Source of the DNA: Nemertoderma westbladi
Lineage: Eukaryota > Animalia > Xenacoelomorpha
Length of the DNA: 50,489 nt
Assembly (NCBI GenBank): GCA_032718475.1
Contig: JAUCBJ010007001.1
Location: 1 to 50,489, forward strand
Direction of reading: 5' to 3'
This document shows positions 37,301 to 48,900 of the stretch, piece by piece. The stretch's first letter is position 1, and each line of letters begins with the position of its first letter. The notes beneath the pieces were generated by a model. It saw only the letters and a list, made by a program, of their open reading frames with translations. It was not told the DNA's origin and ran no database searches. Both the position numbers and the translations under genes were made by a program.

Positions 37301-37436
37301 TGATTCTGTCGAGTATAGCGTATTTAACAAGTAAGATTATACCACCACGATGTGGTGACTTTGACGGGTTTGAAATAGTCGCAAAACCTGGTACAGAAAC
37401 ACTGGCGGCCGTTTGCGCTAGTGTACCTGTCAACAA
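34301..37436 (-). mobile_element. Young, slightly 5'-truncated LINE (RTE-X-like)
   Basis: Uninterrupted ORF2, short 3' UTR with a GGCC-GGACG-GGCC stem-loop, and a (CTA)n tail at ~34303-34316. Confidence 0.85.
34458..37436 (-). CDS. LINE ORF2: AP-like endonuclease, reverse transcriptase and C-terminal Cys/His motif (N-terminus missing)
   Basis: 992 codons without a stop; GVYIPP, GDFNAR, IDL, SDHAPI; NYRGLS, DFSKAYDRV, GVRQG, LLFMDD, YLGS; HRLRVETGRW...CYC...EHHVLLKCP. Confidence 0.93.
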   Translation of the reverse strand: MLTGTLAQTAASVSVPGFATISNPSKSPHRGGIILLVKYAILDRIKSIDKSVEGQIWIEFDYIADILFGGVYIPPNDSLYYDDSLFAELHHKFDSSKDFVALGDFNARVGIPQIYDIDNEINTSNLHYRNVSDLTVNKSGQILQCICTATNSIVCNNLCSGYSNLGGGLTYKKGGKWVSEIDLCVSSSNIYGTIATLDVHQDILGSDHAPISILVKVDRENFRVDKKGLFTRSMSLGHSIYEDGDAVKLTGVAMDIKGLSHKFVECDKFEARIAQCDPPVISDTNDVDTLLDSFFETIDEAARSCRRSRNDPVITRDPDACRWDHIINSNDPKSLWKALDWNGNISFEDENNANTAPEDEEFRTHFESLLNPSEPTDIDSDITSTIYVPCLDDPFTQREFAEGLADMKTNKGYIGVSPGLLTRLPGAWLIFILSIFNLIFIGAIYPVKWAVSKLITCFKSGNRLDCGNYRGLSIMTTPLKFFDILIYNRLKYWINLDKCQAGAQKGRGCIEHILGLRLIIDYAIFKKSKLYVVFIDFSKAYDRVPRDKMFELLKSSGCGFRMLFIIKALYSATKSILRSAVILTTIGVRQGAPSSGILFCMYLNKLVIMLKEAVKCDGFLGALVCLLFMDDTVIVSTSRKNCEIKLRALYDYCTVFGMVINQKKSKFFVINGNVDDSKPFILGTTVISTCEFYVYLGSVFAADGRISTALKHHIIICERTINKFAIFCSKNTSLPFALKKKVFDACIISSILYGCETWLSVNACTKQIEPVFNRLIKILLSVRQQTPIDLCLIEFNIPPLSHYIVNARLKYVKNMFRLPVHDTDVPLYYIYDLCKAANTPGYRCLMSALDYKVDDPLTSVRLRVLNKPLSATKFRTYSDTINPGLTAHPLYSCLKPVIPDFKRVHFTRLRLMSHRLRVETGRWTRVAPELRVCYCDNTSVQNEHHVLLKCPISEHIRIKFVQLDFTDLSSLFSTDLLVDLCSYVSEVLCLYY

Positions 37437-37987
37437 AGGCCGCTCACTGTATCTGTTTATTTACCCTTTTTCCCTTCGATGCATTGATTTGCTCTATATT
37501 TCACTATTGTATTTAACTATTGTATTTAACTGAGATACGATACCGGGAGGGTGTGACAACACAGTATAACTGACTAATTAATTATGTAAGGACTCAAGTC
37601 TGGTGACTTTGTTTCCCTTTAGGGGAAACGTATTGTGACAAGTCTTTGGGTCTAATTATATTGATATCACTACAGTATTCAATTTGTGGCAACTCTCAAT
37701 CGTGATGTAATTAATAATAAGAGCTTTTCTTATAGTAATGGTCTGAAATATCGCCATATATTAATTATTTAAGAAGTCAGAGGTATGACAATACACAAAT
37801 CTGATACAATTGTCCAGATTATCACTGATTCTTAGTTACAGCAACCCACCTGTTGTGGTGCGTGTAAAACCTCCTTGATTACGTAATATCAGCGATATAT
37901 TAAGCAAAAAAGAACAATAAATTGAATCAACCAGTAGAATATACAATGTAGCAATAAATAATTATAATTCAATTGTTAACTCTTTAA

Positions 37988-39543
37988 CCCTATTAGTACC
38001 GGGCTATAAAATGCTGTACAAATACCGGGAGGGGGTCATATTGACCCCCCCCCCCCTCTAAAATCTACAAATATTTACGAAAACGTCTGATTTTTTGTTT
38101 GTACGTAGGTATCACTTGTCTGGATCCGACCGAAAAAAAAAATTTTCGAAAAAATGTACTGGGGTGGTTATATTGCAGCACCAAAATTACAAGTAGTGCA
38201 CAATTTTCACAAAATTTGAAAGTTACATTTTCGGCTAATTATTTTTCAATACAGGTTTTCTGGGGTGCAAAATACATTGGAAAATATTTAAAAATGATAT
38301 GATTACTATAAATGGCCGTTTAGTCCTCTCTGCGTAGGAAAAAAATGAAAAAAAAAAGTAACCAGCACTTTTCAGGTAGAACACAAAATTTTTATTTCAC
38401 TTATACGATGCTATAAATTCACATTTTCAGGTTTTCGAGGGCGCTGATTCTAATGGAATACATTTCTAATATGCCAGATCATTGATACTTGTATTTTTCG
38501 GCGTAATTTGGCAAATTTTGGTGCTAGCACCAAATTTCGTACCCATCACCAAAAAGTACAAGTTTGCGATGTCCAGTGCTGTTTTTATGGATTCCATCGG
38601 ATTCAGGACCCTCATAAACCCGTATAACGCAAGAAACAAGGTGATACTATCTCCTGATAAATTTGCATATTTTCCAAAATTTGGTGCTGGCACAACAATT
38701 TTCACCCACTGGCGAAAAATACCAGTTTGAGAACTCTTATGAAATTTTAACTGATTCCATTGAATTCAGAACCATCACAAACCCGTATAACGCAAGAAAC
38801 AAGGTGACACAATCAATTGATATATTTGATGGTTTTCAAAATTTGGTGCTAGCACCACATTTTGCACCCACATCAGAAAAATACAAGTTTGAGATGTCTA
38901 GTTCGATAATTATTTATTCCATTGAATTCAGAACAGCCATAAACCTCTAAAACGCAAGAAATAAATTGTCACAAGCAATTTTATCTATCGAATGAATTTT
39001 CAAAATTTCGTGCTAGCACCAAAATTTGCACACAGCACCGAAAAATACAAGTTTGATACGCTTGGTGCAACTCGTATATATTTCATCGAATCCAGAACCC
39101 CAAAAAAACCCAATTGCGTAAAAAACAAGTTTCAAACAATCAATTTACAAAATTGACATAATTCAAAATTTGGTGCTGGCACCAAAATTTGTCACCCACC
39201 GAAAAAAACAAGTTTGAAATTTCTAAATCAATTTATATGAATTCCATCAAATTTCTAACACCAAAAAACCGGTGTAAATCAAAAATAGAGATGTTACAAT
39301 TCATATTTAATGAAATGTAATTTTCAAAAAACGTCTCAAAAAAAGTGCCAAAAGTAGGGTTAAAAAATGGTCCTATAACTCGAAAAGTACCCAATATTTT
39401 TGAAAACGGTTTTCACTACTAGGAAGACAATAGATTTTTAGGAAAAGTCGTAAAATTTCAGATTCCCAACTGCGTTTGTTTCAGAATTATAATAAAAAAA
39501 CCACGGGGGGGGGTCATATTGACCCCCCCCGGGTTTAATAGGG
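37988..39543. mobile_element. Non-autonomous piggyBac-type DNA transposon
   Basis: TTAA on both sides (37984-37987, 39544-39547); TIR CCCTATTA...CCGGG; subterminal GGGGGTCATATTGACCCCC at both ends; no transposase. Confidence 0.85.
38510..39290. repeat. Five ~163-bp tandem repeats inside the piggyBac-like element
   Basis: Palindrome core GGTGCTAGCACC or variants at 38520, 38683, 38845, 39009, 39172. Confidence 0.85.
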
Positions 39544-41484
39544 TTAAGTTTAGACCTTAGGCCTATACTATCCACCAGTCAATTAAACTTGACCGGGGAT
39601 CAGTGCCTCTGCATGGGCAGTGCGACTTCTTCTGTCAAACAATAACAAAAAGAGTAAATTAATCACAGAACAATCGCACTTATATTCTAACCTATCAGTA
39701 AGGAGCAGAGCCAATAAGGTGGATCCCTAGCTTACACTCTCCAAATACAAATTGGATACGCAGATAATGGCACTAGATGGCGTAAGAACCTTTACTAAAG
39801 AATAATCTGTAAGAAATAATCAATATGATACCGTAACTGGTCCTTTATCAATAAATATACAGTATTTTGGGTAATTTGGTAAAATAAGTAATTTTAAAGG
39901 CAGGATTTATAACTGCAACAACACCCCTTCCATTCATTTAGCTACCAGGGTGTTAAAGTCAAGGCAGAAGTTCAAATTCGTACATAAAAAATAATCTAAT
40001 AAGTAAATAATTCAGTTATCAATACCAAACTGGAATTATACAGGGCGTACGTAACCAACATATAAAAATATCTCAACTCGTGAACAAAATTGAATCGAGT
40101 AGATTAGTGAATATCTATCACCTCTAAATAAGCAAACTATAGTGCTAAAGAGTATATCTAATACGTATAAAAGTCTCAGCTCGTGAACAAATAAGCTAAA
40201 TGAATTATTGGTGATACCACTTACTTATTTTACGCATAATATAAAGTAGGAATATAAGTCATATAAAGTAGAATAGCCATAATAAATAGTAACCGGAAAA
40301 ATTAACGTTTATTTTCGGGGTATTTTTCTTTCTGGGGGTCGCTTGCGAGGTTTTGGTGGACGGGAGCCATTACCAGGTACCGGAGGTGGAGAACCTTGCA
40401 CTTGTAGCCACTGAGTGGCGGAAGGATGAAGTTCCAATGAGTCGGAAGGGGGTGTGACAGTTAGATGTTCCCGGTTAAGGTTCGCTAACCACGATTGATC
40501 AAACAGAATAGCGCAATAACTTTACATAGGCTAACATGATCGCGCAATCCCATAATCTGATGTATTTCAGAAGGGATATTTCGTCATCCCTTTTGGTCGA
40601 GTCGAAATATATTTCACTTTGTTACATGGTCGAGATACTTCTGCAGGGACCCGACTGTGGTATCGTCGAGGGGATTAACCAGAGATAGGAAATCCACGCT
40701 GCAGGCGGGATGTTTCGTTACACAATGTCAACCGAGCGAGACGAAATCCGGGTGGTACTGAGTCCCATAGCACGGGAATGGAGAGGACGTCTTTCGAGGT
40801 AATTATCCCGAATTAAAGTCTTTGTTTGATCAGCTCTACCGGGAGAAGCGATACTCCATTCATCAGTATTGTCGCATATACGCTCTACGACGTGAGTTTA
40901 CAACATCGGAGCATTCACAATTAAATTGGGGTTAGAGATGTCGGTGTCGAGAGGTATCGGTCGGGCTTGACTATAAGCGACACCGAAAACGCTTTACAGA
41001 CCCAGACATGTGAATACGTGCTTTACTTTGGAACCCTTCCATTAAAGTCTGGACCGCGGGTTGGACCAAAGAATGTAATTCGCGTTTCTCGTGCAATCGT
41101 TCATGTTCTGTCCGTTCTTCCTCCTCACATACTCTGAGTGAGTTTGGCAGATTCAAAGGTGAGATCAGCCATCATTGTATCCATCATCTCTGCATGCTGT
41201 CCCGAGAACCTCCTTTAACGGAAGAGGGTGTTTCAACATATTGAGGTGCGAGTTTGAGTACATGACTGCAACGGGGGTAGGCTGACGTCACCACCCCAAC
41301 CAGACAGCCACATGCCGCAACACAGACCCTGGTCGATCCCTGAATGGCGAGACTCGAGTTTGCAACTACCAGCGGTACCGAAGCATCGTGGCTATATGCT
41401 AAACTCTCATCAAGCCAGGGAGACGGGGGACTGGTCCGGAGCCAGAAGTGTCTGCTACAATCCTCGCATCAATGAAAGGTTGGC

Positions 41485-41950
41485 CAATTGTATCTAGGGA
41501 ATTAATGGTGTTAGCCTTATTCTCATATAGATCAATATTAATATCTCCTGTAACGATAACATCATAATTTTTATCAGCCAAAGTATGCAGCGTTGAATAG
41601 AGGTTCGAGATAAAGTTACTAGTGTCAACTTGTGAACGGTAAATACAACCTACTATTAGCGGTTTATTGGAATGTGGATGATTGACCTGGATCCACTTAT
41701 TTTCCGTTCCAATAATCTTAATGTCACTCCTCTCAGTGGCATCAAATTCATTACGAATATAAATCGCAGTGCCACCACGAGGTTTCATTGAATCCCGAAA
41801 ATCACAGAAAGGAGAGGTATAACCAGCGAAGCTAAATCGGCCCAGCTCAATATTATCAGTCAGAAAAGTTTCACTGAAAGTACTAATATAAAATCTCGAC
41901 TCAAGAGTTTCCGAGTAAATTATAGAATTTAGAATTTTAAATTTCCCAGT
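41485..41950 (-). mobile_element. LINE AP-endonuclease N-terminal fragment (CR1/L2 group)
   Basis: FSETFL, RGGTAIYI, IVGCIYRS, TGDINIDL. Confidence 0.82.
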
Positions 41951-42323
41951 GCCCACATTTGAAGGGTATTGACTTCGCATTACTGGGACTGGACGGACAT
42001 ACCACGAGTGTCGATTATAGTCGGGATGGACTTCCCAACGGCCCACCTTCAGTTGGCAAATTTCAACACGAAATGCACGCAGTGCTGAAAAGTGCTGACA
42101 TAAGTGTCAGAGCTTATATTTCGAAAACTACAAGTCGTGTGAACTTCTAGTTTTTTCATAATGATCCCTGATAAATTTGAGGAAATTACATGGAATTTGG
42201 AGTTACCTCGATCGATCATCTCTATAGAATCTATAAGTCCTTTATAACCGTCATCTTTGTGTAATTTGCATTTCATCGATAAGTTAAAAGCATTTTGAAA
42301 AATAAATTTTTATTATATTTCAG

Positions 42324-42446
42324 ATATTAATGAATGTTCATCTGATGCTCATAATTGCCATAATAACGCAAGATGCACAAATACAGTTCGTGGTTTCACG
42401 TGTGATTGTAAATCCGGATATTCTGGTGATGGTGTAGATTGTAATG
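42324..42446 (+). CDS. Host exon: calcium-binding EGF-like domain 2
   Basis: TTCAG|...|GTAAGT, 123 bp, phase 1-1; DINECSSDAHNCHNNARCTNTVRGFTCDCKSGYSGDGVDCN; paralogous to 26728-26850. Not in the ORF track. Confidence 0.93.
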
Positions 42447-42689
42447 GTAAGTTACTTTCATAAATAACTTTATTTTGACAATATCATTCTCATTTAAGTA
42501 TATTTTATATGGTGTTTTTTGTGATTATTTTTCTTTCATAAGGGTAAACCTCCACTCCACCCACATCTATAAATACAACCGTTAATTATCAAATGTGAGA
42601 AAGTAACAGGTTTCAGTGACAGGTAATTCAAACCAAAACGAAAAACATGTGTCATGGCTCAATTATAACTTCTAAATTATTAATCGAAC

Positions 42690-43310
42690 TAGGTCTAGCG
42701 AACTCGGACAGTGGAAATGAGATCCTTCCAGGCTCCCCGATTCTCCATAGTTGTCGCAATTTCGTTTCTTTCAAGTTCAGTATTCCTTTCAAACTGGTCT
42801 ATATATCTTATAGCCGGTCGTCCACGCGGCTACGCTTTCAATGTGTTGGTTGCCAGAAAAGTAGATCTGGTATGACCTCGTCTTTACTTCTCCAACAGTT
42901 CCCACTGTAACTTAATCTGCGTTCACGGAGGGTGGTTGATACATGTGGTATTTATACCACAATGATGTAATATTATCACAATCTAATTTCCAGATGGTGT
43001 TCATTTTTGATAGAGCTACCCAAGCCTTTGCTTTCCTAACTTCTATGTCCTTTTTGCTACACTCTATCCATGACCCAAGGTACTGCTAGTCGTCAACCTG
43101 TGTTATTATTATTCTTGATTATTATCAATTGTTGTCAATTGTCTATTAACATTAAAAGTTATGAATTCGGCCTTGATAGAAGTTATATGCAATCCAAAAT
43201 CATAAGCAGTCCTCTCTACTTTATATAGTAGAAGCTGTGCATCTGCTAACTTATTAGAGAGAATCTCACATCTTCATCCTTTGTGGCAGTCCTCATTGTG
43301 TAATCCAATA
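42690..43310 (-). mobile_element. Decayed RTE-clade LINE 3' fragment
   Basis: YLGSWI..SKKDIEVRKAKAW, LRERRLSYSGNCWRS..E....LLFWQP...GRP...YIDQ, with stops/frameshifts. Confidence 0.75.
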
Positions 43311-43601
43311 TAAGAAAAAAACAGACATACATACATATCATTATTATTATTTATTTATTGACATTATAAATATAAATTAAATAGTAAATAATAATAAATT
43401 AAGTAATTAAATACATAAACACTAAATAAAGAAATATATAGTCTGGGTGAGGCCAATTCGCTATCATTTGCGAGACGTCGCATTGCCTCCGAGGATCACG
43501 AGTCGGGATCACTGGTGAGACCAAACAGGGCATGAATACAAGAATATTAAACACAATGGACCCTCGCATAAAGGCTCACAAACTAGGGCGCCTACCATTA
43601 A

Positions 43602-44810
43602 CCCTATTACCACTGGGGTGTTTAGAACATTAGCAGCACTGGCGGGGGTCGACCCCCCCCCCCCCCCCCCCCCCCGCTGTATTTTTGTAATCATCCAATA
43701 AAATCCTACGAAATTTGGGCTGTAAGTGAACAAATTATCGAAGAACATTTTCAAATACAAAAAAATGAAAATTGCATAGGTTGGGTATGTATCTTTTGAT
43801 CTATTATATGTTTTCTGGACCGCTGAATTGATTGAAAATATTATCGAAGATTGAACACTTAGTGGATCGTCCTTTTTGGTGCACTAAAATTAGGGCGTGG
43901 CACTTCAAATATTGAAAAATACGAGATTCAGAATATAAACCAAAGTTGAGATTTCAAAGCACATTTATAGGTTTTCTGGACCGCTGAATCAATTGCAAAG
44001 TATTTAGAAGCCTGAAGACTTTGTGGTTCGGCACGTTTTGGTGCAGGCTCATTCCATGTAAAGTGCGGGACATTCGTACGACTTTTTGTGCATACTTTAG
44101 TACTGTACATCAATAAAATGAACTAAAATATTATAATGCTTGTGTTTCTTAGAAAAACCTATTATCGGTTCAGTAAAAAAAAAGCAGTTTGGAAAACCTG
44201 CAGCAGTTTATATCTCAGAATTATTGCTTCAAAAAATTGTAAAGTGCGGGCGCGTACGAAAGTGAAATTCTCAACTGTCAACTTCATTGCTAAAGTTCAG
44301 CGAATTGCGTATGTGGGCGTGTATTGCGTTAGTGGGCAAGCTTTTGTTTCGTGATGTTCCTAGATATGTAGGGAAAATGGATTAGCCTTTATTAAACTGG
44401 TAGGTAACCTCAATGATACAGTGGAGCAGTTTCAATAAAGCAAAGACATGTAAAGTGTGGGACATTTCACTCTAAAGTGCGGGACACATGCGATTTTATC
44501 ATTTACAAACCCATTACATCGTTAATTATTCCATTGTTCCGACTAAATCAGTGATAGTTATAAACATTACAGTGAGATTGCTACATATAATTTGAACTTA
44601 AAGATGAATGACAATAACTAACCATAACCAAAATACTAAACCTAACCTATCAAACTTAGTTGGCCCCTTACTAGTGCGTACATGTATACATGTGACTGCC
44701 TGTCAAGTAAGTGTTAAAGTATTTAAAGCATACAATTCCAATGGAGGTCCGGCTTATAGTATAGTGCACACTGCAGTGATGAGGCGGGTGGGGGGGGGGG
44801 GGGGGGGGGG
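43602..44810. mobile_element. Possible second piggyBac-type non-autonomous element (left end clear, right end uncertain)
   Basis: TTAA CCCTATTA at 43598-43609 and a GGGGGTCGACCCCC subterminal palindrome like the 37988 element; GGG-TTAA at ~44808-44814 lacks a matching TIR. Confidence 0.4.
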
Positions 44811-45270
44811 TTAAATTAGAGGGGGGGGGGGGCTAAAAACCTGTTTACCACATAACACGAAACACCACAAATAAACTAAGTACTCCAGATTAAAGATACA
44901 AATATTTGTGCTTTGCATAAGACATATCATCTTTCTATTATAATATGTCTAATAATTAGATCTATATATAATCTTATAAGCTTCGACTACGGATAATTTT
45001 TAGATTAAACGATATCATTCCAACTTGGCACTACGTTCTCTCTTTAAGCAAACTTTTCCACTGGACAAACATTTTAGTATATTTTCATAATGTTACGGAA
45101 TTAATCCATATATATGCACTTTGGAGACCCAAAACCGGAAGCCGTAATTGTCAGAAGTCAAGATCAGAATAGACCTAGAATAGTTCCTCGTGTTATTACA
45201 GTCAATGTTGTTGTAAAACAGTTGACAAAAGTGATCCACCAACTTAAAAATTGGTTTAATATATATTTAG

Positions 45271-45464
45271 CTATTATCGACGTATCTTCTGATGGCCAAT
45301 GTTCTGCATCATCGATGGAGAATGAGCATTTGAGGTACATGAAACACGTTGGGCGATGTGAAAGTGCACTCGTTGACAATGGGGAAGATTGGGCTACAGG
45401 CCGCGTAAGAGTTGGTTCATGGTTTAAGATAGTGTTATCTGGTTTAAAAACAATTTCAAGGTTG
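45271..45464 (+). CDS. Host exon: discoidin/F5-8 type C-like (galactose-binding fold) domain, first part
   Basis: TTTAG|CT...TTG|GTATGT, phase 1 start compatible with EGF exon 2; CSASS...CESALVDNGEDWATG...GSWFKIVL....ISRL. An alternative donor lies after 45460. Confidence 0.7.
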
Positions 45465-45937
45465 GTATGTTTTTTCTCACGGAAACCTTTATATATTACC
45501 TTTACATATATATTAAATATTAATATAAAACTTTGAGGTTAATAGTCAGAATGAATATTTAAATAGATCAAAATTCGACAATGAATTTATTCAGTAAAGA
45601 TTTATATTACAAACATTGAAATTATTGGACCAAGAAAATACAAAGGAAAGAAAACCTCAATACATTGTCGAGGGTGATATCAAAATACAGTTATGAATTT
45701 TGTTGAAAACAAGTTGAGATATGAGCTTCAAACCGTTCATGTTTATAATCTTTCATATTAATTAATACATATTTTACAATCTCCTTTAAAATTTTACAAT
45801 CTTTTACATTTAGGGGGTTGAGCCTCGAAATGTCACTTAGAATACCCAACTGATGTAGGATTGACTGCAATACTGAATTATAAACTAATTACCGGTATGT
45901 GCTGATTGTTAGCGCATTTGAGAAAAAAGACGTTTAT

Positions 45938-46700
45938 GACTAATTATTTATGTAAGGGCACAAGTCTGGCGATTGTGTTTCCCTTTAGAGGAAACGTATT
46001 GCGACTATTCTGTATCTGTTTATATTATTATCGCTACGGTATTCAATTTATGACAACTCTCAATCATGGTATAATTAATATTAAGAGCTTTGCTTGTATT
46101 ATAGGTCTGAAACATCGCCATAGATTAATTATTAGGTAATACAACACACATAAATCTGACACAATTGTCCAGGTTATCGATAATGATTAGCTATAGAGAC
46201 CTACATGGGTTTTGGCGTGTGTAAAATGTATTTAATCTTGGAATATCAGCGATATTGTATTACCCAAATAATAGCAAACAAATTGAGTTTACCGGTACAA
46301 TATCATAACAAATAATTATAAACAAATGTATAATTTAATTGTAAACAGAATTAGTATAGTAATAATCACCAGTCAATTAAAGTTTGACCGGTTTTTTTAC
46401 CCTCTACAATCTACATGAATAAGTATGACTCCACTAAACTTAATGACAAAGGTAATAGCAGAAGTGAGAGAAATTCATTGGGTGAATGGCTATATACTTC
46501 CCAAGGCATGTAGGGTTGCGCCACCTAGACATACCAAACAAGGCTTCTAAGTTAAACTAATTATGTATATAACGACAATAGATGGCGTCAGGTCGCAATT
46601 AATATTTCTGAGTTAATGAAATAAGAATATTATTACACAATTAGCCTTATCAATAAAAATGTAACTTTAAACTTAAATTGAGCAAAATAAGTAAGCTAAA
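45938..46700 (+). repeat. Dispersed repeat, copy B
   Basis: Colinear with 37570-37983 plus 39548-39900. Confidence 0.75.
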
Positions 46701-46931
46701 ATTGCAAAGAACACATTTGCATTAACACTGATTACCTACAAGTGGGCCTACAATCACTCGGCTGACTGTCATGAAATTCTGCTACTTCGTTTTTTTTTTA
46801 AAACTTAAACCAATTACAAATAACTCACGCCCCATCCCCCCTGTCCGTGTTCCATCTATCTATGGGAATTAATGTAATCCTTGAACCTGCAGTTGAGTTC
46901 TATCTAATCTTCTGGGGTATTACCATTAGTT

Positions 46932-48900
46932 ATGGCTCCCAAGAGTTTAGAACTGCGTATGGATGCGCTCGAGCGCACTTTGTATCAGATTTCAAAAAGC
47001 GATAGTAACTTAAACATCCGACTGAATCCATCCGATGGTTCCCAATCTCTCACTAAAGTGTTGTCGGATCTCAAACGAGAAAACGTGCAACTACGCGCAG
47101 ACAACATTAACCTTTCTAAACAAATTGAAGACGAAAATCTCAGATATCGAATGTGCCAGCGATGATCTCACCCAATATGGCCATCGTAACAACGTTATTA
47201 TATATGGCATTCCCAAAATATGTTACCAAAATGACGACCTTGTAATTAAGAAAATCTTGTCCTTTTGCTCAATCAATCCCTTCGAAATAGATGTTTGGCA
47301 TCGCATCGGTCGTTGTCCTGATCCTAAAGCTACCAAACATCGCCCCATTATTACTCGTTTTCTGCGCCACTCAACCCGATTCCAGGTTTTCGCTCAAAAA
47401 AGTGAGTTTGACAAGGGAACTTATCCCTCTGATCATTTGACTTCTCCCAGAGCAGCGCTCTTTAAAGAAGCTGTTAAACTTAAGAAGGATGGTCGAGTTT
47501 TTGCCGCATATTCAAATGGGAAAATTCTAGTCAGATTCACTGAGGATTCTAATCCAATCCCGATAACTTCAAGCTGTAGCTGTAGTCTCGATGACATTCA
47601 CAATGAGTCTGGACCTCAAGACAACCATCATAGATCGAAAAAGAAACCAAACGAGTCATGTAAAACTCGGAGCACTTCTCGGGCCGGATCATCTCTCAAT
47701 CCGATACCTTTGACTCCTGGCTCTTATTACAATGTCTTGGAGGATGGAGTCTCCAATCCCGTTTCTCAACCTGTTTACTCGCCAAGAGAGGATGATAATG
47801 GCGATATCTTGGAAACCACTCTTTGCGGCTAAGTTCAGAACTTTGTATATAATTTTAAAAAATAAATTTGATAAACCCGCTATATAAGAGACTTTTAGTA
47901 CCTTTTAGTACAGTAAGTAACATCCCCAAGCTTGCTCCTCCATGTTCTGTTTTCGTTTTTTTGTGTACCACCAGCTCAAGGGGGCTGTTGTAAGCTTTCC
48001 CCCTTGTCCTTGACAGCCCAGTCCCGTATATTGTAGTCCACTGTGTATAGCATCTACCAAAACTACGAGCACCAAATCCCCTTGTCTACCCGCCCCTAAT
48101 ACTGCATTGGTTATATATCCCTACACCCCCCCCCCCCCCCCCCCCCTCCTCTCCCAGGCAATATTCCCCTTCCAACTCCTGCAATTTCTGCTACAGAAAA
48201 ATCGTAAAACCCGATCCCTCTTTTACATGTTTAATATGTTCACAAATTTTCCATATTCCCTGTGGTACCCATTTGTCTGCTGGCGAGGTTAGTGACTTAT
48301 CGTGGTGTGGTGCTGGTGTTTTCTTCCTAAACTGTTAAGACTCCAATATGTTCCCGTTTTCTGGGACAAGCACAGACGATTCCGATGTATTTGTACCGCC
48401 TGCCGAGAGTAATTCCTCGAAATCCGATTCATCTACATTGGATATCCTAAACCAGACATTCAGCAAAACTGAACGAATTTAAACATAGACGTAGGCAATT
48501 ATTCTGAAATAAAATTTAATAATGAATTCAAAGACTTAAAATCAAAATCAACTCTCTTAATTTTAATCTAAATTGTAGGAGCCTTCCAACAAATATATCT
48601 GCTACAACCGACTTTCAGCTTGCTTTAAATAAAAAGTTTGATATTCTTACATTTTCAGAAACATTTCTTTGTGAAAACGATTACATTCCGTACTGTCCGT
48701 ACCTTGACAACCGTAAATATGGTATATTGAAAAGAGGAGGAACAGCAATTTACGTAGCTGATGGCTTTGACGTTATAGAAAGAATTGATTTAAAAATAAA
48801 TGTCCAGAAAGGCCATGAAAACTCATGGATCCAAATTCAACGCACTAACCAAACGTAAATTTAACTTCATCATTACCGGCGACTTTAATATTGACAGAAG
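46932..48900 (+). mobile_element. 5' part of a CR1/L2-group LINE: frameshifted ORF1 and decayed endonuclease start
   Basis: Coiled coil then QYGHRNNVIIYGIP, HRIG, RPIITRF, DHLT (LINE ORF1 pattern); downstream NLNCRSL, FDILTFSETFL, RGGTAIYV, TGDFNID, similar to 41485-41950. Confidence 0.82.

Larger units (their letters stand above)
37570..39900 (+). repeat. Dispersed repeat, copy A (split by the piggyBac-like element), homologous to 45938-46700
   Basis: TATGTAAGG..CAAGTCTGG.GA.T.TGTTTCCCTTTAG.GGAAACGTATTG at both starts; CACCAGTCAATTAAA..TTGACCGG and TAGATGGCGT after the insertion. Confidence 0.75.
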
